Assembly: GCA_000934665.2 (NCBI GenBank)
Contig: KZ538189.1
Location: forward strand, 62,001 to 105,504
Source: Catajapyx aquilonaris
Lineage: Eukaryota
DNA: 43,504 bases
Direction of reading: 5' to 3'
The position numbers and the translations under genes are program-made. The first letter of the stretch is position 1. Every line of letters begins with the position of its first letter. Below, one piece after another: positions 10,167 through 23,141 of the stretch. Under the pieces are notes generated by a model that had not been told where the DNA came from, searched no databases, and worked only from the letters and a program-made list of their open reading frames with translations.

Positions 10167-11014
10167 CTAAAAAGAAAACACCTGACCCAGCTTCAGAGGA
10201 ATCTAAATTTAGCTCCTAATATTCTTCTTAGCGAGCCGGACCGAATGGGACATTTTTGAAAAGGCGTCTCAGCCGACTTCTGGAGCGACAGGTCGCGTCA
10301 GTTTCACGTCAAGCCAAGTCTTTGAATGATTGATCCGGAGACGGTTGCGGTCACTGACAACGAATAACTCTGCCGTGAAANCCATCTGGTTATATTGATT
10401 TGCGCACAAGTATCGCAAAGTACCGGTAAGGAACTCTGAGCATACACCTTGGGTCAGCGCATTACAGAAACTTCACAAGTGTGCGACATCACTCGGTATA
10501 TGTTCAACAATATGGTGTGCCAAAAAATCGTAACATATGCTACAGCAATAGAACCATCAACACTTTGAGCAAGGTTAAATATTTGCTTCCAACTTATACC
10601 CTTGCGGAAAATGGCGACAATTGCACATTTCATTAGAAGAAACATTTTGGCATGCAGCTTGGGGAACAATAAATATCAAGCAATTATTTCTTGTAGTTTC
10701 CTCACAGTGTGTAAGAGTCGGTAATTCAACAGAACGTTATAGTTGTTTTTTTTAAATATTTTAATTGAGAGTAAATTGTTCTCACGAATTCTAATCCCAG
10801 GAACAAACATTTTGCGGAGAACAGTTGGACTCGATCCAACTCTATTAAAAAATGCGACCAGGTTGGCCGTGTAACTACCACATGCATAATTATGCTCACC
10901 AAGACTGAAGCATAAACATTTATTATTGAATCAACCAGAGAAATGACTAATCATCAAATGAAACTAACAAAGGCTTGTTTGGTTGAATACTTCACGGTTA
11001 AATAGGCATACATG

Positions 11015-11022
11015 TGACGTCA
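11015..11022. promoter_or_regulatory. Palindromic CRE (extended GTGACGTCAC)
   Basis: Exact consensus match; function not demonstrated. Confidence 0.25.
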
Positions 11023-11341
11023 CCCGAGATAAAATATGCCTGTAGTAACTTATTCTAAACATAGCAAACTTTTCACACCTGGCGCCAAGTTGTTTAGAGA
11101 TTCGTTTCAATGTCAGTTTCCAGATCTTTTCTTTCCAACTGTTACGAGAGATGGTGTCAACAACGCATCACTTTGGTCACAGCCTCTGGAATTCAGCACT
11201 CCAACACGTCATATTTTTATCTCACAGGTTCATCACTTACATTACTGCACTGCAGTGGACAATGGATTTAATACTTAACTTGTATAAAGAACTGAAGCAA
11301 TCACACTTTGTTCCCTCCCATCTCTTGCCTTAGTCTTAGAT

Positions 11342-11406
11342 AATAAACCCTTTAATATCTACGCCCTAGATAACTTATGTAGGGCGTAGATATTAAAGGG
11401 TTTATT
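11342..11406. repeat. Inverted repeat with 27-bp perfect arms and an 11-nt partly self-complementary centre
   Basis: aataaaccctttaatatctacgcccta-gataacttatg-tagggcgtagatattaaagggtttatt. Confidence 0.93.
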
Positions 11407-11456
11407 GTGCAGCGTTCATTTATTTCTTGAAGAAATAAATGAACGCTGCACAATAA
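11402..11456. repeat. Inverted repeat with 27-bp perfect arms and a 1-nt centre, overlapping the previous one by 5 bp
   Basis: ttattgtgcagcgttcatttatttctt-g-aagaaataaatgaacgctgcacaataa. Confidence 0.93.
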
Positions 11457-14400
11457 CGATCTGAACGATTCCGCAGTGCTCGTTAGTTTTCCTTCTTGAC
11501 ACACATTGGGACAACTGGTTCAGTGTCACGCAGTTCTATTTGGGCTGACTAATTGTTCCTCTTTGTAACCAATGTATTTTTGGGTGCTGCTTCAGCTTTC
11601 TTTCTGCATAATTATTTCTTGTATAGTGATACAGGGAAATTTTGCTCGGTTTTACCCTGTTGGAAGTGTCAACTTGTTCACCACCTCGTATATATATCTC
11701 CTATACGTTTGAACGATCAGATCCAGTTATTTTATGCGAACTCGACGAGAAGAAAATAGCTCCTCTCAGAAATCGGCTTTACCTTGAAATCGGCGATCAT
11801 TGGCACAAAATCGGCCTACTCTTGTCAGCAAGTAAGACTCTGCCAATCGATGAAGCTCTCCGAGAGACTGCAACGCAAAGTCGCTGCTGCAGTCTTAAAA
11901 AACTTACAATTTTACGGCTCCATCGCTCTGGAAACACATCACATCCATTGAAAAATGAAGGGCGGTTCCGGGGAGCTGTAAAAGGCGGCCTGACCTGAAG
12001 CACATATCAAAATGTCGCCAATAAAATTGTCTCCGGAAGTGTCTGTTCGTTTCTACCGAGCTGGAACCAAAAAAGGACTCAGACCGATATCACTTATTAC
12101 ACGCACTACTTTCAATAATGCGGAGTCGGTTCCAAAAAAAATCTGTCGAGAGAAAAATGCTGCTGTGCCAAAAACTGGTCACGTTTTTATCCATTCTAAA
12201 TATTTGGCAGTCGGTCGAATTCTTACCGGATCAAGACTTTGGCCGATCTGGATTTTGGCCCTCCCAAATGGACCTAAGTGCTTCTCGGGTAACCCTAACC
12301 GTTTGTCAATCTAATCGTCGTGGGCTGGTTGAACAAGGTTCTGCTCTTATAACCAAGTAGATGAAAAAAGTGCTGGAATTCATAACAAAAAAATTTTTAT
12401 CTCAAATTGTATTCAACAATGCGACTCTGACCGATTTGCATTGCAGGTAAATGCCCCCGACAGCCATATGCTGTAGGAACAACGTGCTCATAAACCTTTC
12501 GAATTTAATTACTCATTCGTAAAAGTGTAAAACGACTGTACAGCACCAGCGCACTGTACCCATCTAAAAATAACAACGCATTCTGTTATTTAAGCCGCAA
12601 TACCTGCCGCAAAAAGAGACCGCCCTGACACTAGGAATCTTAATGGGACTTTCCACCGCACAATTTATGGGCTCGTCTTGGCTCAGAAATAGGGCGATAA
12701 TTATACCAAACAGCAGTAAAAAAAACTGAGCAATATGTTTCCGAAATAATCCAATGCGGGGTTCACGGAGGCAGAAGTGACTAATGGTAATCTTTGCTGA
12801 GTAAATCGGTGAAATTGTAGTACGAAACGACGCTGCTAGATGGCGGTTGGATGACGCCAACGACGCCCATTAGTTACAATAGCATACTACCAGATGGTGC
12901 TACATGTTATGTAACCTTCACCTGTATGTCTATAATTTTACAACCTCATAATCACTTGGTAGACCTTTGAGGACGATTTTTTTTAGTTAAAAAGTTAGCG
13001 GCGCCGGCGCCTGCGACGCTCAGGAGACGTGGGAGTATACCGGCTCATCTAATTACCCGAATTAGGCAGATTACAGGGATAAAGTGGGGGGGCTCAATCT
13101 GACCCTGACCGCAACCCTTGATAATTAAAAAAAAGACTGTACTCTGCATCACATATTCCAAAGTTCACCTCAACTCGAGTAGCGTCCATCTTTCGAAATA
13201 AATAAATTCTATCTATGTGTAAATCGAGTATAGGTGAGCATCAGATTGGAAAATGTATGTCCCGCAGATCGTCTGGTCTCCCTGGAGAAAAGTGCAGGTG
13301 CTTCGGATGAAATCTGGCATGACCAATAGGTTCAGACAGCTCACTGAAAGGGAACTCAAAATTGTCTATTATTCATATTTTTAAAAAAATAAGTACGGAA
13401 GACTAGGGCTCAGATGAGTCGGGTTTTCTCACCTTTCGGGTCGATAGGGTATGTGTGTACCATCACGATAAAAAAAAGGAGAGAAAAAGGAAGCCAATTA
13501 AGCGTGACACGCAGTCCCCAAAGATCAAGCTAACAAGCTCGTTTTTATTGTTTTATGCAGTACTTCCTGGAAAGTTCCAGGTCAAGGCTGGATAAACACT
13601 ATTGTAGTATGAATTTACACCAAAAAAAATTCTGATTTGTGTATTTTTTAAATTGTAATCATTCCAGTGACTTGCATTTCAAGGCATCCAAATCAATTCT
13701 TCGGGGGAAATGACAACAGGATTAACAGCGCAGTTAATATCCTTCCGGAAATTGAAAACTAGAAAAAGATGCACCATTCGCTGCAAAAAAAAAATGCAGT
13801 ACATTTTTTTTCTCTGCTCCAGTAATGTCAATCGCTATGATAAAAATTAAATCCGGATTTAGCACCAAGAACCGGTTTAATCCCCCTGCAGTTGTTTTTT
13901 TTTGTCGTATCAGACTGAGTCCGTGCTTCCATGCTAATTTCCCCATCAAGTTTGTGCCTCTTTTTGCACGCAGATCGCGTTCGCCAATTCTGTTTGCAAA
14001 TGTTTCGCACGCCACAGTATACACAACGAGAAACCTATACGCAATGTACACAATCAGCTCACAAAACCGCCTGATTAATTCGTCAATTTTTCGCACGTAT
14101 TTTTATTGCAAAAATTTTCTCTTTCTCGCCCAGCATAATTAACTTCCGGTCCATAAAGATCCAAGTTGCGATGCTCTCGGGGACAGGTATATCGAGCGTT
14201 TGAAAAACGAGTTCAAGTTGACAGATTGGTGTTGACCAGTAACAAACATGCAAACAAAATCTCGGGGAAATCAGGAGCTGTTTTTTGCTCAAGTGAGGCT
14301 CTTCTAACCACAATTTTTTTTCGCAACACAGGTGCACACAAAGCCAAAAAAAATCGCTGAAAAAAATGTTGTCCCGATCCTTCAGTTTGTGGAGCATTCA

Positions 14401-17400
14401 ACCTATAGGTGTTGACAGGCAGATGATGGGACGCTAATTGGCGAAGAGGAACACATTGTGACACATCTCGACATGTTTACTGCAACAGGTGCTGCAAATC
14501 ACCCGGACATGTCCAGGTTTACGACCGAATGCAAATGAGAGTGTAGCCAGATTGTCACACCTAGATAGACACATTTTGGCATATTTTTTATCATGGGGGG
14601 AAAAAGTTTGCAGAAAACTTGGATGGAAAAAAATGACGGATTTTAGCCTGGGAGAGTAAAACGGGCTGCAATTTCTGCAAGAAACGGGTGGGCTTTGTGG
14701 CCCGGATTTGCTGGTGACAACGGCCTGAAACATCGTCACCGGCAGATATTGGCGTGCAAAAACACAAGCGGCTTCCGGCCTGGCGAAAAAAGAAAAGGGG
14801 GAGGGAAAGCAATTTGAGCGTCATTATTGGTCGATTGAAATCGCAATGGGAGAAACAGCTCTCCAAAAGAGGGGATCCAGGCAGGAGAGAAAATACAAAT
14901 GCAAGAAAGTGGGGAGGTGAAAACAAGGCGAGAAAGCAAACTTGCCTGAATTCATTTTCTCCCGCAAAAAAACCGGTTCCTGAGAGGATACTATATACTA
15001 CCAATCGATAACTTATTAGGCTCCAGCTACTCTTCAATTATTCAACAGCGTAAAACCGTGGAGAAAATCCCCTTTTCCACCCCCTGTTTTTGTTTCCTAT
15101 AGCTTTATTTTGGCCCCTCTGACAAATGAAGGGATGAAATCGTAATAGCATGCTGTCGAAACTTCACTTCAGTACATGTAAACTCGACTAATGCAGGGCT
15201 ATAGTGAGTTTCTAACTGCTTGATCTCTGCCTCACTGTGACAGGTTTTATCACTGAAGAGACAGATTTTGACAATATGACAAAATATAATGAGATTGGAC
15301 GTTTCATATCATGGGTAATTTCAAGGTAAAAATTGCACAGCCGGTTTGTTAAATGAGGTTCGTAAAGTATACAATGGGTACTTGTGCCAAAAATGCAACG
15401 GTTTGTTGTTGTAAACAAACGCCTCGATAAATCTTGTTTACAAGTTTTACGTGGAGCGAAACGACAACTAGGGTTTGTTGCAGCGGAAAATATTTTCCAC
15501 AAACAACAGATCGATCTATATATAGTCGATCACTATATACAGAGACATTTATCCTGCAAAATTGGGCGAACCCTCATTCGCATAAAGTAATGAAGGCTTT
15601 AGACCTACAATTGCCCACAGCCTTGAATAATTTGGATCCGCCTGCTCCGAGCAAGAATCGGCCACAAAATATGGAAAAAAAGAAGTAGGGTGTTCATCGA
15701 ATTTGAGGCAGTAGAGAGCGAAAATCGCAGGTGAAATCGGCTGGCATTATTCTCCTGTGAAAAGAGATGAGGGGGCGGAAGAAAGAGAGGAGCTGACTAT
15801 AAATGGAAGCGATGCAAGAGATCGAATATGAGGCAAATCGACGGATGGGAAGAAGGTTGGGAGGGAGCCTCCAGGCGATCTCAATGCATTTGGGAGATCT
15901 GGAGAGCTGGCAGGATATTGCATGGAAGTCTGGGGGATCCTACCAAGATGGGTAGGTAGCAAGTGGCTGCTGGAGAGGCACATTTTCCACAGCGGTTCCT
16001 TCCACGATTTTCAGGACTTTTTTTTTAAGGGGAACATATGCGCCGGAGGGTAGATCAATTTTCGGTCGTCCTCATGCAGGATCCAACAGGACATGCTCTT
16101 ATCATATGCTATTATGGCCACTCTGAACCACAAACTTCCAAACATGACTCATCGGAATTCGAACCAAAAATACAGATATCAAATTCAACCAAAGCTGAAC
16201 AAGTGTGGCCAAGATAAGCCCTCCCCCAATGGATCAATGGCATACAGGAATATTGGAGAGAATTAGATTTCATCCTGAAATTTTCCTTTATTAAATCCTC
16301 CCTTTTACCCCCAAAAAGCAGACGCGTCCCACAAAATTCAATTCGAACTAATCAAATGCGTGTCGAAAAAAAAAGTCTACTATCCTGCTTTTTATCCTAT
16401 TCTATAGTCCCGCCCCCGCAAGAAAATGTTTCAGAAAAAAGAAAGTCGAGAGTCTCAAGAATAAACTTTAAATGCCCCCAGACGGGTTGGAGGTTTTATT
16501 GGTGGTTTTTCCTTCTGATCCCAGTTGCCTGGAAGCTGGAGGGGGATTTCCAGAACAAAAATTTCGCCAAGGGAACTAATGTCGTTTAGAGGTTTCAAGC
16601 TACGATGCAGACAACCGACCAAAAAAAAGACCTCCTTAAATAAAATATCAGCGTGGAAATATCTCCGGATCAAAACTTTGAAACAATTGTGGTCTGGCTC
16701 GATCTAATGGACTTGTGTTTCCTACCTTGCCCCTATACGATTTATAACCCGGAGTTTCGCAGCTGCTCCGGGCAGAAGCTAATTTCCCAAGTTTATGGCC
16801 AGAGGGCCAACCAAGCATCGATTGCGAATATTTCTCCCCGTGAAAACACTATACCTTTTTTCTTGACTTGAAGGCCAAGAGACTGCCAAGAACTTGCTGC
16901 GTTCCATTAGCAGTATAGACGGCTCTTCCACAGTAAAATTAATAATAAAAAAAGACTATAGGGTGGGATGAAAACTTGTAGGTGAACATCCTGCATCGCT
17001 GGCAAATATTTCTAATTAATGCGATAGAGAGGAAAATTCAATCACGTTGAAATTGGCTTTTCCCGAAGGCATTAGAGGGGGGTCCCTTCCCTATCGTTGC
17101 GGTATTATTAGTCTTCCAGGCTCCATCAAGTAATATTCGAAATGCTCCCGACCACAGTAGGGTAATTACATTACTGCAACCAGTTAGGGAGAAAACTCTG
17201 GAATCTCAGTGCTCTCCTAAGTGGTGGTGGGAAACCCCCCCCCCCCAAAAAAAAAAACTTTGTTGCCATCTTTTGTAAAGCAACAGCGTCCCAATTGTTG
17301 TGTAAAATGGGCACGATGTTTCCACAGATCCTCAACCCCAGGAGAAAGTTATTGATTTTCCTATATAAGCTGGCCGACTTGTGTATTCCCATCCTAATCT

Positions 17401-20400
17401 TTTGTCGTCTGAAACATAAACTGTCCTTTTATCAGCCTAAACTGTCCAGATGCAGCCTCAGGCCATTGTTCTCATACCCCCTCTTGTATACTATAACGTG
17501 CTGCAGAGAGGAGCCGCACTCTTGCTTTTAACTCTCTCCAAGCGTTGTATCTTGGGAAATGCCTCTCTTATTGTGTGACCCTGCAGTCTAGAGATAAAGG
17601 AAATTGTTTTCATAAATAAAAGGAAGGGAGAGGCTTCAGCAGCTGCCCAGCCATTCGAGGCTTTACACTGAAGGACTAAAAGTCATATTAGACAACATCC
17701 CTTTTTTATTTAAAGCTGCTGATTTTAAAGAGAACCCTCCCAAAAAATAGTGGAGGAGCTTATAATTAAATAGAACTATTCCCAGTGGTTGTTAAAAATG
17801 CCCCAAGGTAATCAAACTTGCCAGTGGTATGAGACAGGATTTCTGCCTTCTTTTTCCCAAGATGTTCCCGCAGAAGAGAAACTTTTTTAATTGCCTTCTA
17901 TTCAGTGTCTTCTAGTATGCATTCCAAATCGGGCGCAAGTTTCAAGGACCATTCAAAAGAAGTGAAACTGAAGAAATATTGAAGTTGAATCTCGAGGGAG
18001 GTTTTTCTGTAATAACTTACTTTTTTGGAACTAATAAAATAAGCTAATTAAACCCCCAGTTGGAGGACATCAGACAGATCCACACAAAATCCCTTTTATT
18101 GCGTTAATTTGTTCGCGCAAGAAACGGTTTTAAAAAAAGGTAATTAAAGTCTCGACAATAGTGAAATACTAATTACCGTTCTTAATCAGATACAATGCCA
18201 AGTGTGGCACCAAAGGATCCTTTCATCTTCTCAATATGGAGCTTAAAGGATCCTTCCAGAGCAATATTGTGATCATGCAACGTACAGATTACAGCAACTG
18301 TATTCACTAGGGAACAAGCTATACAACTTATTAGAAACCCACAGATTGCCATGAAGCTAATGTGAATATAGGTAAACCAGTGCCAGAAATTATTATGACC
18401 CTCCACTTATAATAGCTCTTCGAATATTGCATTGTGTAATGTATGAAACAATATTGTGAACTATAATGACGAACACCTTGCAATAATTAATGGTGCTGTA
18501 GCAAAATTACATTTTCCATTTATTTTTACCTACCAAAATGCAGCACCTTAGATGCTTATTAATGGAGAATTTTAAGCAAATGTAGCAGTTAAGTTCCTTG
18601 ATTTTGGTACCAGACACCAGCCTATAATCAGCGAAGGGATTTCCAAGGTCCTCCTTCACTTATACCTACCTCTAAAATGTCTGCAAAGTGGGACCTAATA
18701 TGACTAAAGTGATTATTGCCCAGGATTTTACCTCCCATGTGAATTTCATGGCAAGCAGTGAGCTGCACGCTCGGCTAGTTCCCTTGTCAGTAACTCCAAA
18801 TTACTTTAAAAAATTATATAAAGCATAAGGCAGAGTCTTTTGAGGTACAGTATACGTAAGAACCACTCGCGGTTCTTCAGGGAATTGACTCAATGAAATA
18901 ATTTCATTACTTACTGCACTTCATGTAACGTTGCATATTTTTAATATAAACATGGTGGAATACTGTGAGTCCAGGGGAATTTACTCTAAATTACTTTGCC
19001 ATGGTCTTTTCATTGAACAAACTGCAGCAATTGAGAAAAACTTGCATTAGTACAAAGCACACCGGGGCTTAATACAGTTGTACAGAGTATGCACACTATT
19101 AAGTATTTCACAGATAATTAAGTTCAACTTTGACAATCAGATTCACATACAAATGTTGTCAATTACATTCAAGTGCTATCAATGTAATCCACAAAATAGG
19201 CTCACCCTTTTATGTTCAAAAAAAAGCTACTGAATTTTCTCATTGCACCCCCACTCACTTTAACAAGATGCTATGATGGAATGAAAACATCCTTCCCAAA
19301 TCCTTCCCTAACACACCTCTCATCTTCTCCGAAAGGAAAAATAATTCACTAAAAAAACCTTATGACCAAAAAAGAAAAAAAAAACGTTAGAAAAACCACG
19401 GTTCAATGGCCAGGAGTAGTGTCACACTCCACAAATCCGATCAAATATCCAAATTTGATCCTCACTTCAACAGTTACTTCCTTTTTCTCCACCATTTTAT
19501 TAATGATGCAAAAAAAGAGAGTGGAGGACATCATCTCTCCATGGATGCACAGCACGAGTCGGAGCTGGGCCTCGAAAAGAGGATTTATTATGCAACCTGA
19601 GCCAAATAATGTGGGAAAAGGAGCAGGAGTTTGCGGGGATGTGAGAAAATGCATTGCATAAATACACGTGGAGCGATTTAATAACACGGGGCCGCCTCCT
19701 CGCTATAATGAACCGTAATTGTCACACTGAAAAGTTTTACCATAATTTTGTGGAACAGAAAATGTAAATTTTCAAAACGATTCTGTCATCACATCTCTAT
19801 ATAAAGTTGAGGCTCCCTACGTTTACATATTTGTGATAATTCAATAGTGTTTGACCTATTTATCACTGACCAAATTTGTAAAGTTGATATAAAAATCTGT
19901 TGAATGTGGTTTCTATGTACGTGATTTTCGATCTAAATACCCAAACTGATATCCGATTGCCTGAGAAAGTACTACGTTCACCAGTACATATCGCCACATC
20001 GACTTCCAGAAGCGCCTCGGAGTAGCTTCTGCGGAATATGTACAAAAAAACGATGGTAGATTTCATTTCCAGTTTCCGAGTCAGCTTTGTGTACGCAAAG
20101 CAGCAGAGGTCTGGCTGCTGCCAAGAAAGGAATTGCAAAGTTAATCAGTTCATTAGCCGGCTCCGAGAGCCCGGGTTCGCATATATATGAAGGGCACAAA
20201 AGCAAGCTCCAGACAGTTAGTCAATCTTTCCTTTTGGCTTGGTCCAGGAATGGGGGGCGTGTTTTGCTTAGATAAAGTAGCACCTGTTGGCTCGCGATAA
20301 GGAAACTATCCTGTATAGGGGGACAATGGCCCCCTCCGGATCAGAGGTCACTGGAAATGTTGCCCCCTAGGAAAAGGGGAGATCATCTTCTTCTCCCATT

Positions 20401-23078
20401 CAAGTCAGTAACTAAGCAACTTGCTCTTTCTGGAAGACTCTTTAACAAAAGCGCAGGCAATTAGTGCGGAGCTTGGCAATGCAAAGTTGGCTTACACACA
20501 GTAATTGGGCAAAATGCTTCCGTATATAGGGTGGAGAGAATGTGTAGAAATATTCCATTTTAATTAGTTCATTAATGTAATTCGCTTATTGCATACTGAA
20601 ACAAATTGTAATAGTAAGTATAGTGCCGTATTAAAATATTTTTCACTCTATGAGCCAAAATCACATGCAAACTACTCGCCTGCAGCTTAAAATATTACAC
20701 CAGTTCGCCAGTGCTGACCCACCCTATGAATTATAGTATGACCTGCTCTCTCTCTCTCGAAAAAAAAAATGTATGCGGAACATTGATGCAAATACCTGGC
20801 TATATAGCAGGACATGCAATCCTGCAGAACCGCATTTTTAATACACTGGACCGACAGATATGGGCGCTTAAATCACGGACTCTGCTCGTGCATGAAGCCG
20901 CGGAATTACGCGCAGTACCACACGGATATGAGCGCTCAGATGATTCAGATTAGCGTCAATCAGGAACGATATGCAAACCCTGCTCTTAGTGGAAAAGTCC
21001 GGCCTCACTTTTTTTTTAATCCTGATGGAACTCAACCCAAACAAACAAGGCTTATGTCCAGTACAGTATCTAAGCGCAATTGCGACACACACGGTTTCTA
21101 AAAAAACGCTACATTGCCTCTAAGGTAAAAGGTTGTTAATTCGATCAGTCAGGTCTTTCCTCCGCTTAAAATAGAAAGCGGGATATTGAGTTGCAATGAA
21201 TGGCTTCCTCAGGACAGGAGAAAAAGGTGCTGGGTCAATACCACGGTGCTTTTTCACAACATGCGGCCTGACTTTTTTTTTTTTGGCGAGCTAACTAACT
21301 AGCACGGAAGGCGATCCATCCGGCTCGAGTGCGCCAATTAATTCTGAGAGCATTTACGTAACTGAAATGTAAGAGGGAGAAAAAAACGACTCCATTTTAC
21401 ACCTAACCATTCTGGCAATTGAAGCTGTAAGTCATCCTGCTGCGAACACTATTCTAAAATTAATATATGTGCACATACTGACCACAATTGCAATTTGTGG
21501 AGATGACCGCAACAAATGGGCTCGCACGAGTGGCCCAAAACTGCCCGGAAAATTGCAAATTTACATTCAGAAAAAAAACAGAAGGCGTATTATGACGGTT
21601 CATTGCTTTCTGACCCAATTTGATTTCAAACCTTATGGCAATCGAATGGCAAGGCTCATTTGGAATTCAGGTAATGCAGACTCGGCCCCAATCAAATTTC
21701 TAGGCGCAGGATAACAAGCCAAAAACCAAGCAGTGTGTACCACAAATGTACCACAGTAGAAGTCGATACACAGGCTGGTGTACCACCCAAGTATACTGTT
21801 CACTCCGGAAGAAAAGCAACAACCATTCTCTTTGAACAAGTGGTCTATGGACCAGCCTGTAGTTTGGAGAAACCGAAATACGCGACACAAAACATGCCAA
21901 GATCAAAGATGGAAGGCGCCTCGAATTTTGCTCGTTAACAGCCAACAATCGGCCGCTTCAGCAGGATTGTGTATAATTATGATGGGAGCCAGCTATTTAA
22001 ATACAGGACCACAACAGATGCCCGGGGACTGCAGCAAATACGAGTATGAGCGACACTGGTTTTCATGAAGCCGAAGGGGCTGAGTGTTTACTCTGTCAGA
22101 CGGATTCCACGATTGTCGTAACTTTTCTTTTTAACAGTCCCCGCCTACTCCGAGTGAGTAAGAGAGATCGGGGTTAGAATCCAACAAAATGTTGGAAGAG
22201 GACTTGGCACAGTATCAGACTAACTGTTATCCAGCAGGAAATTCCTTCATCTATGCCCCCCCCACCAACGCCCTTAACCCAACTCTTTTCCCCCCTCAGA
22301 AATTGATTCCCAATACGCGATAATCCTGCTCTTTCGCCAACCCCAGTCCAGCTATATCTCGGGGCTAAAAAGCTTCCCCGATAGAATCGAGACAGGGGCC
22401 CCGCAGTAATTCTATCCGTCAGTTTGGTTTTCTAAAAAAAGCGACCCGCTTCTTCTAACTTGACTCAGACGACCGCCCGTTAATTCGACTAATCTTTTCA
22501 TGAGAGACGACACCGTTTATTTCCTTCTGTCCGCCACCGATGACTTTGCAGTGGTCCGGGGGGAAAAAAAAAAGCGCGATGTAAGGTCCGGTGTAAAACG
22601 GAGGTTTGATAAAGGCAACCGCGGCAGCTTGCTGCTGTTCCACTTTGGCCCAGAAACCCCGAGGTATCCGACGACGAAAAGGCCTGGGTTAGTACGGCTA
22701 GAAAAAAGCCGAGGCGAGAGGAAAAAGGAAATGAAATTCCGCTGAAAGGAATTGGCTATAGCGGAATCGGGAGAGGTGGAGCTCGGCGCAGAATGCTAAG
22801 TGCCCTACCCCTGAACTTACGTCTCCTCTTCTTTCCTTCAACAGTGAACGAAAAGACACACCAACACAGTGTGCTCAAAGAGGATACACAAAAGGAGGCT
22901 TCCTTGCTACTGTCGCCAATAGGCCAAACTTCAAAAGTCTTGTTATGAAAGGACATGCCTGCTCCTAACTCACGTATCACTCTCATTACTCCTGTTTTGT
23001 GCAGACTCTCCGGCCAATAGCGATCGAATTGATATAGTTTTCCCTCCCACCCACCAGAGGCGCTGTCTCCACCCTCAT

Positions 23079-23141
23079 TGCGCATGCGCGAAAGCTGCCC
23101 AATCGGAAGCGTCGAGGTAACAAATGAGGCGGACCAATCAG
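23079..23141. promoter_or_regulatory. Promoter-like motif cluster: NRF-1/EWG site, two CCAAT boxes, ETS-like core, GC-box variant
   Basis: TGCGCATGCGCG (23079-23090), CCAAT (23099-23103), CGGAAG (23104-23109), GAGGCGGA (23126-23133) and GACCAATCAG (23132-23141), all within 63 bp. Confidence 0.45.

Noticed and set aside
10381..10381. Single ambiguous base n
   Set aside because: Assembly ambiguity, not a biological feature, though it could mark a contig join.
10823..10885. T-arm-like hairpin gttgg-atcgagt-ccaac on the minus strand, suggesting a tRNA or SINE
   Set aside because: No convincing A-box, D-arm, anticodon arm or acceptor stem could be built.
5098..11456. Possible CRISPR array or prokaryotic terminator reading of the hairpins
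   Set aside because: Eukaryotic intron-containing context, and no regularly spaced direct repeats with unique spacers.
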